A DNA stretch of 51,131 nt, from assembly GCA_947167235.1 (NCBI GenBank), contig CAMVHF010000003.1, positions 1 through 51,131 of the forward strand. The letters are read 5' to 3'. This document shows, in pieces, positions 35,559 through 45,997 of the stretch. The stretch comes from an uncultured Alphaproteobacteria bacterium. GTDB taxonomy: Bacteria; Pseudomonadota; Alphaproteobacteria; RF32; CAG-239. The notes under the pieces were generated by a model. It saw only the letters and a program-made list of their open reading frames with translations, was not told the origin of the DNA and searched no databases. The first letter of the stretch is position 1. Every line of letters begins with the position of its first letter. Both the position numbers and the translations under genes were made by a program.

Positions 35559-35634
35559 GATATATACTCCTCTTTACGGTTATTTTACAACCATATTAAC
35601 TTGTTTTTATATAAAATCAACAAATATTTGTGTT

Positions 35635-37224
35635 TTATTTGGCGCCGTATTTTTTCAATAAATCGACGATTTCCTTGGTTTTGGCACGATTTAATGCTGT
35701 TCTGCCTTTATTGTCTTTAACGTTAATCGTTTTTGCGGCACCGTTTTCAAGCAGTATTTTCACCATTTCTGTCCGACCATTAACAGCCGCAACCATTAAC
35801 ACCGTAGAACCTCTTTTATCTATAATATTCGGATTAGCTTTATGTTTTATCAAAACCTTGAAAACATCAAATTTGTTGAAGACGGTAACATACCATAGCG
35901 GTGTCCGACCAAATTTATCCTGTGCATTAACATCTGCCTTATATTTAATCAAAAGTTCAGTGGTTTCCGGATTATCTATATGCGTCATTAAAGCGGTTTC
36001 ACCGTCTTTGCTGTGTAAATTAGGATCCGCACCGGCTTCTAAAAGAATTTTGATGCTCTCGTGCTGTACAGGATAAACGGCTGTCATCAGCGGTGTCCGG
36101 CCGTTCAAATCCGGAAGATTAACATCGGCTCCCTGTTTGATAAGCATTTTCAGCTTATCAGGTTTGGTAAATGCGGCAATAAGCGGCGTTTTGCCGTCTT
36201 TGTTGCGGGCATTAATGTTATTTTTATGTTTTTTGAGTAATTCTGCCGATTTTTGATATCCCGGAATATTTTTATAAAGTTCAGCCTTCTGAACAGCTAA
36301 AGTGTAAGCCGTATCACCGTTATAACTGACAGCATTAACATTTGCCCCTTTGCTGATTAAATATTGCACTATTTCCGGGTTTTCGACAGCCCTCATTAAC
36401 GGTGTTTCATCCATATTATTTTTAAGATTTACTTTTGCACCGTTGCCCACCAACATTTTAACGATTTCGATATTTCCTTTTCCGGCGGCCTCCATTAATG
36501 CCGTATCGCCGTATCTCTCATTACCGGAATTAATTGTTAAAGCGGCTCCTCTTTTTAATAAAAGAGCCGTTATTTTAGGATCTTTATTGGTCACTGCTCC
36601 CATAAGTGCGGTATCTCCGAATTCATTAGGGATATTTACATCCGCACCCAAATCAAGCAAATTTTTTATAGTATCAAATTTTGCAAAGCCGACAATACGT
36701 TTCAGAGGTGTTTCACCGAATTCGCCGCGCGCATTAATATTCGCACCCTTGGCAATTAACAACCGCAATACTTCATTATTTTCGCAAATATAAAAATTTT
36801 TTGCTATTATCCGCGGATTAACCCTCGCGCCGGATTTAAGCAAAAATTCAAGCGTAGGCTTATCGTTTAAGGCAAATTCCAATACCGATTTGCCTTCCGG
36901 AGTTTTATAATTGACATCGGCACCGTTACTGACCAAATATTGCAAAATTTCAATGCTTTTTTTGGTTCTTATGGCTACTATTAATGCAGTATCTCCCTTT
37001 TTATCGGGACTATTGATGCTTTCCTTGCTCTTAAATTCGGATTGAACGTCCTGCAACGTTGCTTTATCCCACCAAAACGGCGAATACACACCTCTAACCT
37101 TAGGACTTTTTGTATTCAGCAACATTGCAAAAGTTGCCCTATCCATATCAAAAAAGGCGTAACTGTTTGGCAGATTCACAGAAAACATCAAAAGAATTAT
37201 TATTAATAAAAATATTTTGCGCAT
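35635..37224 (-). CDS. Secreted ankyrin-repeat protein
   Basis: Signal peptide; more than 10 repeats of G.T(P/A)L..A.......LL..GA.VN. Confidence 0.92.
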   Translation of the reverse strand: MRKIFLLIIILLMFSVNLPNSYAFFDMDRATFAMLLNTKSPKVRGVYSPFWWDKATLQDVQSEFKSKESINSPDKKGDTALIVAIRTKKSIEILQYLVSNGADVNYKTPEGKSVLEFALNDKPTLEFLLKSGARVNPRIIAKNFYICENNEVLRLLIAKGANINARGEFGETPLKRIVGFAKFDTIKNLLDLGADVNIPNEFGDTALMGAVTNKDPKITALLLKRGAALTINSGNERYGDTALMEAAGKGNIEIVKMLVGNGAKVNLKNNMDETPLMRAVENPEIVQYLISKGANVNAVSYNGDTAYTLAVQKAELYKNIPGYQKSAELLKKHKNNINARNKDGKTPLIAAFTKPDKLKMLIKQGADVNLPDLNGRTPLMTAVYPVQHESIKILLEAGADPNLHSKDGETALMTHIDNPETTELLIKYKADVNAQDKFGRTPLWYVTVFNKFDVFKVLIKHKANPNIIDKRGSTVLMVAAVNGRTEMVKILLENGAAKTINVKDNKGRTALNRAKTKEIVDLLKKYGAK

Positions 37225-37351
37225 TACAAAGCTCCCGTTTAAATTATAGCCGCATTGTAATACGGAATAATCTATAATTCAATATTTTAAATTATTTGAC
37301 TTTCCAGCAGTTCTCAGTTAAAAAAACAACAGCATACAATGTGGTAATATT

Positions 37352-38680
37352 ATGACTATACAACTTTCGGACCATTTTACTTATTCTAAATTACTGCGCT
37401 TTACCATACCTTCGATCATCATGGTAATCTTTATTTCGATATACAGCGTTATCGATGGTATATTTGTTGCCAAATTCGTCGGTTCGACACAATTTGCCGC
37501 CGTCAATATTGTTTGGCCGTTTATTTTGATATTAGGTTCTATCGGCTTTATGTTCGGAAGCGGCGGCAGTGCGTTGGTGGCCAAAACATTAGGCGAAGCG
37601 CATCATTATAAAGCCAATCGCATTTTTTCGCTTTTGATTTATACGGTTATTTTCTTAGGTATAACACTCGGTGCTTTAGGATTTTTCACCATAGAAAAAA
37701 TATTAAAATCTTTTGGTATAGAAGGTCAATTGCTTAAAAATTGCATTATTTACGCCGATATACTAATGCCGGCCGTTCCGGTGCTCATGCTTCAGGTTAT
37801 TTTCCATACGTTTTTAGTTACGGCAGAAAGACCAAAATTCGGTTTAATTATTACAATTGCCGCCGGTGTGGTTAATTTTGTACTTGATGCTTTATTTATT
37901 CTGGTTTTCAAATGGGGTTTGGCAGGTGCCGCCTTAGCGACCGCAGCCAGTCAGATTATCGGCGGCTTAATACCGTTATTTTACTTTATTTTACCAAATA
38001 AAAGTCCATTACATCTCGGATACACAAAATTCAATCCAAGAGTTTTAATCAAAGCTGCCACCAATGGATTAAGTGAATTTATGTCAAATATTTCAATGTC
38101 TATTGTCGGAATTGTATATAATTATCAAATGTTACGATTGATTGGCGAAAGCGGAGTCGTTGCATTTGGTATTATTTCATATGTTAATTTTATATTTTGG
38201 GCGACATTTTTAGGCTATGGTACAGGCAGTAATCCGATTGTCAGTTTTCATTACGGTGCCGGTAACAAAGATGAGTTAAAAAATCTTTTCAACAAAAGTT
38301 TGCGCTTAATTGCGATTGCTGCTGTTATATTAACCGTCACAGCCGAAATTTGCGCCACCTGGATTGCCAAAATATTCGTCGGTTATGATGCCGATTTAAC
38401 AGCTATGACAGCTTACGGTTTCCGTATTTACGCCATTTCTTTTCTGCTGGCCGGATTTAACATTTATGCTTCGGCATTTTTTACCGCCTTAAACAACGGT
38501 TTGGTCTCGGCAACAATATCTTTTTGCCGAACACTGGTATTTGAATGTCTTTGTGTGATGATTTTGCCGATATTTTTCGGCTTAAACGGCATATGGTCAG
38601 CAATTATATTTGCAGAAATTATGGCGCTTATCGTCAGTGTGTACTTCTTTATCGGCTTAAAAAAACGTTACGGATACTGA
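37352..38680 (+). CDS. MATE family efflux transporter
   Basis: LLRFTIPSI, YSVIDGIFV, NFVLDALFI, GLAGAALATA; about 12 TM helices. Confidence 0.9.
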   Translation: MTIQLSDHFTYSKLLRFTIPSIIMVIFISIYSVIDGIFVAKFVGSTQFAAVNIVWPFILILGSIGFMFGSGGSALVAKTLGEAHHYKANRIFSLLIYTVIFLGITLGALGFFTIEKILKSFGIEGQLLKNCIIYADILMPAVPVLMLQVIFHTFLVTAERPKFGLIITIAAGVVNFVLDALFILVFKWGLAGAALATAASQIIGGLIPLFYFILPNKSPLHLGYTKFNPRVLIKAATNGLSEFMSNISMSIVGIVYNYQMLRLIGESGVVAFGIISYVNFIFWATFLGYGTGSNPIVSFHYGAGNKDELKNLFNKSLRLIAIAAVILTVTAEICATWIAKIFVGYDADLTAMTAYGFRIYAISFLLAGFNIYASAFFTALNNGLVSATISFCRTLVFECLCVMILPIFFGLNGIWSAIIFAEIMALIVSVYFFIGLKKRYGY

Positions 38681-38710
38681 ATTTTACTCTTACAAAGAAA
38701 GGATTTTAAA

Positions 38711-39325
38711 ATGTCTTTTGTTATTTTTGACACCGAATATACGACATGGAAAGGTTGCATTGAAAACGGCTGGCTCGGAAATCAAAAAAAAGAAATCGTG
38801 CAAATTGCCGCATTAAAAGTCAGCGATAATTTAGATGTTATCGATACTTTCAATATTTTATGCAAACCAACGGTTAATCCTGTTTTATCGGAGTATTTTG
38901 AGAATTTAACCGGTATTACCAATGGAATGGTAGCTAAAGACGGTGTACCTTTTCTAAGTGCTTATGAACGGTTTGTTGATTTTATCGATGGCAATATTTG
39001 TTTTTCGCACGGATGGGGCGGAGATTATTTCAGTAAATCCGACGGTTTGATTATCGATGAAAACCTGCGCATTAATAATATTAAACCTCTCAAAACGATT
39101 GAATATCGCAATATTGCCGCCATTTTTATGGAATTATATGCCAAACATAATATCGATATTAAAAAGCAGTCATCTGGTCAAATCGTCAACCTGTTAAATA
39201 TAAAAGATAAAATATCATCGCTCTGTTTAGATGAGCACAATGCTTTTGTTGATGTTTATTCTATTTTGGAAGGGTTGAAATTTTTTAAAACAGATGCCAT
39301 AATGTTGTTGAAAAATGATATATAA
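38711..39325 (+). CDS. DEDDh 3'-5' exonuclease (ERI-1/KapD-like)
   Basis: IFDTEYT, EIVQIAA, LTGIT, HNAFVD. Confidence 0.85.
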   Translation: MSFVIFDTEYTTWKGCIENGWLGNQKKEIVQIAALKVSDNLDVIDTFNILCKPTVNPVLSEYFENLTGITNGMVAKDGVPFLSAYERFVDFIDGNICFSHGWGGDYFSKSDGLIIDENLRINNIKPLKTIEYRNIAAIFMELYAKHNIDIKKQSSGQIVNLLNIKDKISSLCLDEHNAFVDVYSILEGLKFFKTDAIMLLKNDI

Positions 39326-39671
39326 ACAAACCGATTATACCATGAATACCGAAACAAAATATTATAAATTAGAAATTTTTATTCCGGCAACACATCTCAA
39401 AGGTCTGCAAAAAGTTTTATACGAAGCGGATGCCGGTCACATCGGCAATTATGACGGTTGCCTGTCTTACTATCCGGTTACGGGATGTTGGCATTCTTTA
39501 CCGGAAAGCAATCCGTATATAGGTAAAGAAAATGAGTTTTCACAAGAAACCGAAATAAAAGTCGAAACTCGTTGCGCGGCTCAAAATTTAATAAAAACCG
39601 TTAATGCCATCAAGGCTTTTCACCCTTATGAAGAGCCGGTTATCAATATTATCGCCTTGATTGATTTATGA
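39315..39671 (+). CDS. Stand-alone NIF3-associated PII/CutA-like domain protein (YqfO-like)
   Basis: YKLEIFIP, AGHIGNYDGC, HPYEEPVINI; true start may be the second Met. Confidence 0.75.
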   Translation: MIYKQTDYTMNTETKYYKLEIFIPATHLKGLQKVLYEADAGHIGNYDGCLSYYPVTGCWHSLPESNPYIGKENEFSQETEIKVETRCAAQNLIKTVNAIKAFHPYEEPVINIIALIDL

Positions 39672-39679
39672 GGTAATGT

Positions 39680-40846
39680 ATGCAAAAGGTTAATAAAGAT
39701 TTGGCTGACACACAGGCAGAATTTTGGAACTATTATAACTCGGATTTGCGTCAAATATACCAAAAACTTGAGCCGATACGTCAAAAATATTTGCACCGTT
39801 TTATTCGGAGATTTGCCTTTTTTGCGGGCATTTTGGCTTTAATTATTGCCTTATGCTATACCGGTTTTATACCGGAAAAAATTTATAACGATGAAGATTT
39901 TTTTAAGATTATCCTTTTTGCCGGTTTGGTGTATATTCTTTATATGTTTTACCCGTTTCAAGCCTATTGCGAAAAAACAAAATCCATGGTTATGGAGAAA
40001 TTATTATCCTTTTGGGGTAATTTCAACTATTCTAACGGCAAATATTCAGTCTATCCGAGCGATATTGAAAACTCCGAACTGTTCACTTGCTACAACAAAG
40101 CCGATATTGATGACACTTTTACGGGCAAATATAAAAACACCTCAATAGCCGTTTCAGAGCATAATTTGTATTTACACAGCAATAGGGGAGATATCAATAC
40201 TTTCAAGGGTATCCTGATTTTACTGAAATTCAATAAGCATTTTACCGGAAAAACCGTCGTGCGGGCAAAATTTCGCTGGGTAAACGTATTTTGGGATAAT
40301 CCGCTTTTTATGCTTTTGTTCGGTTTACCTTTGCTGGCTGCGGCTTTTATATCCGCAAAAACTCTCGATTTCGGCTTTGCCGTACATTTTTTCGGTATTG
40401 TTACGGGAATTTTCGGTTTATGTGCGGTTTTGGTTTATCTTTTTTATTCTTTCAAAAACAAAAAGAAAGCCAAAAAGCAAATTGTACTGGAAGGTATCCC
40501 GTTTTTACGGCAGTGGAATGTGACTTCAACCGACCAAATTAAAGCACGCTATATTTTGACACCTGTCTTTATGGAAAATATGCTCAATGTCAAAAAGCTG
40601 TTTCACGGGAAACACATCGATTTCAGTTTCTTTAACGATAAGCTTTTAATTGCCGTGCATACGCGTAAAGATATGTTTGAAACAACATCACTTTTAACTT
40701 CGGCTTTGCGATATAATAAAGTCCGCGAAGTTGTTAATCAGTTATACAGTATTTTTTCGATTATCGATGTTTTAGAGCTTGAAGACAAATCTGTTACAAA
40801 AGCCAAACACACACAAAAGAATAAAACTCTTAAAAGAAAAATTTAA
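39680..40846 (+). CDS. DUF3137-like membrane protein
   Basis: Two N-terminal TMs, DDTFTG, TFKGILI..F.K.F.GKT, DQIKARYILTP.FME, FSF...KL.IA; extra internal TM pair. Confidence 0.7.
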   Translation: MQKVNKDLADTQAEFWNYYNSDLRQIYQKLEPIRQKYLHRFIRRFAFFAGILALIIALCYTGFIPEKIYNDEDFFKIILFAGLVYILYMFYPFQAYCEKTKSMVMEKLLSFWGNFNYSNGKYSVYPSDIENSELFTCYNKADIDDTFTGKYKNTSIAVSEHNLYLHSNRGDINTFKGILILLKFNKHFTGKTVVRAKFRWVNVFWDNPLFMLLFGLPLLAAAFISAKTLDFGFAVHFFGIVTGIFGLCAVLVYLFYSFKNKKKAKKQIVLEGIPFLRQWNVTSTDQIKARYILTPVFMENMLNVKKLFHGKHIDFSFFNDKLLIAVHTRKDMFETTSLLTSALRYNKVREVVNQLYSIFSIIDVLELEDKSVTKAKHTQKNKTLKRKI

Positions 40847-40849
40847 ACG

Positions 40850-40889
40850 AATAAGCCCCGTCAAACATTATCGTTTGACAGGGCTTATT
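40850..40889. terminator. Bidirectional terminator
   Basis: AATAAGCCC.GTCAAAC / GTTTGAC.GGGCTTATT between convergent genes. Confidence 0.7.
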
Positions 40890-40902
40890 TTAAGATTCGT
40901 CC

Positions 40903-41241
40903 TTAGCCGCCTTTTTTCATACTGCGAGACAACTCCAATATGAGCAATGATATCATTCCGATACCAAATGTTAACCAAGCCGGTCCGACAACAAGAACTG
41001 CTGCCAATGATACTTCTCGCGGTGTGGCCCAGTTAAGCTCATCCAAACCCCAAGCAACACCAAACAAAATAGCAGCACCGACAGCAATAGCCAAAACAGA
41101 TTTTACCAAGCTGTCGTTACGATACACTATGCCGAACAGTATAGCTGAAGCGGCACAGGCAAAGCTCAAAAGAGCTGACAGGTAAAACACCACATTCATC
41201 GCCAGTGCGAGATACGGATCATCAGAAGTAAAAGTTCCCAT
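40903..41241 (-). CDS. Small hypothetical membrane protein
   Basis: 112 aa, three TM segments. Confidence 0.5.
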   Translation of the reverse strand: MGTFTSDDPYLALAMNVVFYLSALLSFACAASAILFGIVYRNDSLVKSVLAIAVGAAILFGVAWGLDELNWATPREVSLAAVLVVGPAWLTFGIGMISLLILELSRSMKKGG

Positions 41242-41337
41242 AAGCAGAAATATTTAAGATTAATAATTGTCATATACTTAATTGATTTGAATTAAGTATA
41301 GCAATTTTGTAAAATCTGTCAAATCGTTTTTTAAAAT

Positions 41338-41742
41338 TTATTTTATCAGTCGCCAAATAGAGTTAATTATAGCCGCCGCCACCGCAAAAACAGCACCGAA
41401 AATCACAAAGTAAAAAGAAATATAAAGAATACCCAATATCAGCAGAAAGACAAACAGTAAAAAAGCCGCTGCAATAAAACCGTTTTTCCATAAATTATGG
41501 CGGCATATTGCCAGAATTCGGTCTTTATCCGAATCTCTATCGGCACCGCCTTGCAAATTATGACCGCATTTTATGCAATATTCGCCGTCTGACGGCATAT
41601 TGGCACCACATTCATCGCATACCCTGTAAAATCCGCTGCCGTCATCCGTTATTAATTTACGACAATGCGGACAAAACCGCCATTTTAAAATTTTATATGG
41701 CGAAACATCTTGCTGACAATGAAAACAAAAAAATTTTTCCAT
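41338..41742 (-). CDS. Double zinc-ribbon membrane protein
   Basis: Four CxxC pairs followed by two TM helices; GGAG RBS. Confidence 0.75.
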   Translation of the reverse strand: MEKFFCFHCQQDVSPYKILKWRFCPHCRKLITDDGSGFYRVCDECGANMPSDGEYCIKCGHNLQGGADRDSDKDRILAICRHNLWKNGFIAAAFLLFVFLLILGILYISFYFVIFGAVFAVAAAIINSIWRLIK

Positions 41743-41796
41743 TTTTAACTCCGTATTACTTATTTAGTTTTTTCATTTTCCAAAAACAAGAACTTT

Positions 41797-43476
41797 TCAT
41801 TCTTCCGGCGGAAAGACAGCATCTTTATCTCGCTTATCAATACATAAAAACGTTTTAAGAAGAAAATGACTTTTGCTGATGTCCTTACAATAAAAATATT
41901 CCGGTTTTAACTCTGTTTTAATGATAAACTGTAAGTTTTCAAAAATTTCTTCCAAATTATCGCCTTTTATTGTGTTAATGGGCGTATAGCGGTCAAATTC
42001 CGCAACCGGTGACTTTAAATTGACTAAATATGCTTTATACTTACTGTTTTTTTTGTATTCTTCGATTGTGTCGTGCAATTTTGTACCTTCAACACTCAAT
42101 TTTGATGTTTCATTAGCCAGTTTTACGTCAGGATTATTTTTAACGATTTGTGTTGCAGCCAAACTGGTTCCGGGTGATAAACTGATTAAGAGAGACTTTT
42201 CAGGTAAATGTATCTTATTATCATAAACCAATTTTGCATCACCTATTCTGTTTCCCCAGCTGGAATACGGCAAACCTGACAACAACATAAAAAACAAAAT
42301 AATGCAACCGCTTGCCCATAACGCAAATTTTATTAAATCATTCGGTCTTAATGCTGAAAAATAAAGCACGATGAATAAAGCTATCAACATTTCAAACGGT
42401 ATAGCATAGCGGATAATCGAAAAAATCTGTAACCATAAAGCATAACTGATGACTGAAAATACGACTAAAAATACGATATTTTGATGTTGCTTTATTATTG
42501 ATATTAAATTCCTTTTGAATATGCCGACAATAATTGTTGCCCATAAAAGGGTGTAACCTAAAGCCAATCGGACATCCAGCATCTCCGTTTCCGAGGTAAC
42601 TTGATTATTCAATTGAAATGAAGCCTTATACGGGAATAAAAAATAGTCAGCCGCTTCTTTTTCGTAAAAATCACTGTAAGTTAAAAATTTTTCGGCATAA
42701 TACGGTGATTTAAAAACATTATTCAAGTACGGAAAAAGCGGATTTCCGAAATGCTCATACAAAATATACATCCACCAACCGTTTACAATCAAAAATCCCG
42801 TTAACCCGCCTAAAGCAAATATAATGATGGTTTTAACCGGTGTTTGCAGTGTTTTATAAAATAATATCAATGTACATCCGGCCGCAACACAATATACGAT
42901 TACCGTCAGTTTTAAACCGAGCATCATCCCCATTATACCGCCGGATATAAACAAAATATAACCTCTTTCTTTTTGTAACACAAAAAGTTCTTTATACAAC
43001 AAATACAAACCGGCCATTATACCGGAACATACCAAAATTTCGTTTGATGAAGTACCGATCTGCGACAGTGTTGCGAATCCGGTCATAGCTATAATCATCG
43101 TCAATAAAAGTTCTGTTTTTTGTTCCGGCTTAAAAACCAATCGGCAAAGTTTATAGAAAATAAATATCAAAATACCGTAATACATACCGGTATAAATATA
43201 AAATATCGTCGGATTATCATTAAAATATTTAACCAAAAAATAATACGGCATATCAGCTAAAGGATTATGATAACTGTTTTCCATAGCCAAAGCTATATCC
43301 GTAAATGTCCGATCATTAAAAAAAGCCCACGGCAAATAATAGTGATAGTTACTGAAATCGCTTATTATTTCATAGCGAAAATGAAGGCTTATCGACACGG
43401 CAATGATGCAAAAAAACAATAACATCAATATATTGTTTTTTAATATAAAATCGATAAATTTCAGTATTTTATTCAT
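41797..43476 (-). CDS. Polytopic membrane protein, probable GT-C-fold glycosyltransferase
   Basis: DFSNYHYY, HNPLAD, GLKLT, FGNPLFPYLN, IIRYAIP motifs in a protein with more than 10 TM helices. Confidence 0.6.
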   Translation of the reverse strand: MNKILKFIDFILKNNILMLLFFCIIAVSISLHFRYEIISDFSNYHYYLPWAFFNDRTFTDIALAMENSYHNPLADMPYYFLVKYFNDNPTIFYIYTGMYYGILIFIFYKLCRLVFKPEQKTELLLTMIIAMTGFATLSQIGTSSNEILVCSGIMAGLYLLYKELFVLQKERGYILFISGGIMGMMLGLKLTVIVYCVAAGCTLILFYKTLQTPVKTIIIFALGGLTGFLIVNGWWMYILYEHFGNPLFPYLNNVFKSPYYAEKFLTYSDFYEKEAADYFLFPYKASFQLNNQVTSETEMLDVRLALGYTLLWATIIVGIFKRNLISIIKQHQNIVFLVVFSVISYALWLQIFSIIRYAIPFEMLIALFIVLYFSALRPNDLIKFALWASGCIILFFMLLSGLPYSSWGNRIGDAKLVYDNKIHLPEKSLLISLSPGTSLAATQIVKNNPDVKLANETSKLSVEGTKLHDTIEEYKKNSKYKAYLVNLKSPVAEFDRYTPINTIKGDNLEEIFENLQFIIKTELKPEYFYCKDISKSHFLLKTFLCIDKRDKDAVFPPEE

Positions 43477-43583
43477 ATCCGCCTCCGTGAAGATTTTAAT
43501 ATTATCCTCAAATAAAGCAATATATTGTTGTATTTTTTCAGATTTTTTTTGTATAATGCGAAAAACATCCGAAGGAGGCCAAT

Positions 43584-45137
43584 ATGAAAAAAGTCGTTAT
43601 TATCGGTGCCGGACCTGCCGGCATAACAGCAGCTTATGAGTTGTTAAAAAAATCAAATGATTACAATGTAACGGTTTTAGAAGAAAGCGACTATATCGGC
43701 GGAATTTCGCGCACGGCACGTTATAAAGGTAACCGCATGGATATCGGCGGACATCGTTTTTTCTCTAAGGATACCGAGGTTACCGAATGGTGGAATAATT
43801 TAATGCCACTGCAAGGCGCTCCTTCGTATGATGATTTACAAACAAAGCGTGAGTTCGAGCTTAATCCGAACGGACCGGATCCGCAAAAAGAAGATATTGT
43901 TATGCTTAAACGTCGCCGTATTTCACGGATTTATTATAAGCGCAAATTTTTTGATTATCCGGTAAAAATGAATTTAAATACCATTATGAATATGGGATTT
44001 TTTACTACCGCAATTGCCGGTTTCAGTTATATTTGGGCGCTTATACGCAAATTACCGGAAACATCTTTGGAAAATTTTTACATTAACCGCTTCGGACGCA
44101 AGCTTTATTCGATGTTTTTTGAAGGCTACACCGAAAAGTTATGGGGCAGACATCCGCGCGATATTTCTGCGGATTGGGGTGCACAACGCGTTAAAGGATT
44201 ATCTATTGTCGCTATTTTGAAAAATATTTTTGAAAAAATCATTCCGGTTAAAAACAAACAAGTTGAAACTTCCTTAATTGAAGAATTCAGCTATCCTAAA
44301 TACGGACCGGGACAATTATGGGAAACCGCTGCATCCGAAATCGAAAAAATGGGCGGAACCATTATCAAAAACGCAAAAGTCATTAAATTCTACGAAGAAA
44401 ACAATCGTTTTACACAGCTATTTTATGAAAAAGACGGTAAAATAAATACGCTCGAAGCCGATATCTTTATGTCTTCAATGCCGCTAAAAGACTTAGTTGC
44501 CGGTTTGGAAAATGCACCGCAAAATATATCGGATATCGCTCAAGGTTTACCGTATCGTGATTTTGTTACCGTCGGTTTACTGCTTAAAAAACTGGATTTA
44601 AAAAATAAAACAAACTTGAAAACACTCAACAATATTGTGCCGGATTGCTGGATTTATGTACAAGATACAGGAGTTAAACTCGGTCGAATTCAAATATTCA
44701 ACAACTGGTCGCCTTATCTGGTTGCCAATCCGCAAAATACCGTTTGGATCGGTCTGGAGTATTTTTGCAAAGAAGGCGATAAGTTTTGGAATATGACCGA
44801 TGATGAATGGCATAAATTAGGTGTTGATGAACTTGTTCGCATGGGTGTTATTGCTTCTAATGATGATGTTATGGATTACCATGTCGAAAAAGTTAAAAAG
44901 GCTTACCCGGCGTATTTTGATACTTATAAAGATATTGATAAATTAATCGATTATTTGAATTCTTTTTCAAATTTGTATTGTATAGGCCGTAACGGTCAGC
45001 ACAGATATAACAACATGGATCACTCTATGGCGACGTCATTTTTGGCCGTTAAACATATTCTGGGCGAAGAAAAAGATAAAAACTCTATATGGAAGGTTAA
45101 TACCGAAAAGTCTTATCACGAAACCAAAGAAAAATAA
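43584..45137 (+). CDS. FAD-dependent oxidoreductase (HemY/UDP-galactopyranose mutase-like superfamily)
   Basis: [48 protein letters not shown]. Confidence 0.85.
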   Translation: MKKVVIIGAGPAGITAAYELLKKSNDYNVTVLEESDYIGGISRTARYKGNRMDIGGHRFFSKDTEVTEWWNNLMPLQGAPSYDDLQTKREFELNPNGPDPQKEDIVMLKRRRISRIYYKRKFFDYPVKMNLNTIMNMGFFTTAIAGFSYIWALIRKLPETSLENFYINRFGRKLYSMFFEGYTEKLWGRHPRDISADWGAQRVKGLSIVAILKNIFEKIIPVKNKQVETSLIEEFSYPKYGPGQLWETAASEIEKMGGTIIKNAKVIKFYEENNRFTQLFYEKDGKINTLEADIFMSSMPLKDLVAGLENAPQNISDIAQGLPYRDFVTVGLLLKKLDLKNKTNLKTLNNIVPDCWIYVQDTGVKLGRIQIFNNWSPYLVANPQNTVWIGLEYFCKEGDKFWNMTDDEWHKLGVDELVRMGVIASNDDVMDYHVEKVKKAYPAYFDTYKDIDKLIDYLNSFSNLYCIGRNGQHRYNNMDHSMATSFLAVKHILGEEKDKNSIWKVNTEKSYHETKEK

Positions 45138-45248
45138 TCAGAGGTTTAATAACCTAATAGATACCTTTGTTTTTCTCATTTCATATTTATTTCTTAAAGC
45201 GTGAAAACAAAAGTTTTTACGAAAATTAACAATATGAGGAGAAATAAT

Positions 45249-45386
45249 ATGAAATTAAATAAAAAATCATTGTCCGGAAATAAATCATCTTGTCAATCTT
45301 CATCTTCACAAAGCAGCGGCTGCGGTTGCGGTACTAAAAAGGGCTCTGTTTATGAAGAAGATATCGATGTGGAAATCAGCGAATAG
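45249..45386 (+). CDS. Small Ser/Cys-rich peptide
   Basis: GAGGAG RBS before ATG 45249; 45 aa with SSCQSSSSQSSGCGCG and an acidic tail; 9 bp before hsp20. Confidence 0.45.
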   Translation: MKLNKKSLSGNKSSCQSSSSQSSGCGCGTKKGSVYEEDIDVEISE

Positions 45387-45395
45387 GTGAGTTAA

Positions 45396-45884
45396 ATGAA
45401 AAACATGATAACAAACAACTCGGGACGCAATCATCAGGATTTACCGTCTTTGAGCAGAATGAACGATTTTAACCATTTAATGAACTATTTTTGGAATTAT
45501 TTTGATACACCGACTTTCGGTGCCGAAACAGCCGCCGTTGAAATGGAACCGAAAATTCAGGTAACCGAAACCAAAGAAGCAGTCAACGTTACTGCCGAAT
45601 TACCGGGAATCGATGAAAAAAATCTCGATTTACAGATTTCATCGGACGGATATCTGTCTTTATGCGGCGAAAAGAAAAATGCCTTTGAAAAAACAGATAA
45701 AGATGCCTACTTTTCTGAAATTTCATACGGTATGTTTAAGCGTACAATTCCTTTACCGTGGGATTTGGATTATGATAAAGTATCCGCCGATTATAACAAC
45801 GGTGTTTTAACTGTTTGCATTCCAAAATCATCGGAAGAAAAACAAAAATTCAAAAAAATTGAGTTATCTTCTTCTAAAAATTAA
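45396..45884 (+). CDS. Hsp20/alpha-crystallin small heat-shock protein
   Basis: AELPGID, L.L.GEK, EISYGMFKRTIPLP, ADYNNGVLTV.IPK. Confidence 0.93.
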   Translation: MKNMITNNSGRNHQDLPSLSRMNDFNHLMNYFWNYFDTPTFGAETAAVEMEPKIQVTETKEAVNVTAELPGIDEKNLDLQISSDGYLSLCGEKKNAFEKTDKDAYFSEISYGMFKRTIPLPWDLDYDKVSADYNNGVLTVCIPKSSEEKQKFKKIELSSSKN

Positions 45885-45893
45885 AAAAATTAT

Positions 45894-45926
45894 GCCTCGT
45901 TTCGGTTTGAAACGGGGCTTTTTTTT
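45894..45926 (+). terminator. Intrinsic terminator after hsp20
   Basis: GCCTCGTTTC-ggttt-GAAACGGGGC followed by a T-tract. Confidence 0.75.
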
Positions 45927-45997
45927 GCATTATTTACCAAAACTTAAATTTTTTAAGTTAGGCTGATACTGATGTTTTGTATGCGAAAGGCTGTAAT

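Noticed and set aside
20700-45000. Prophage, ICE or classical integron in the accessory region
   Set aside because: No integrase, transposase, phage structural or conjugation genes; the Bor-like lipoprotein alone is insufficient; palindromes lack attC R boxes.
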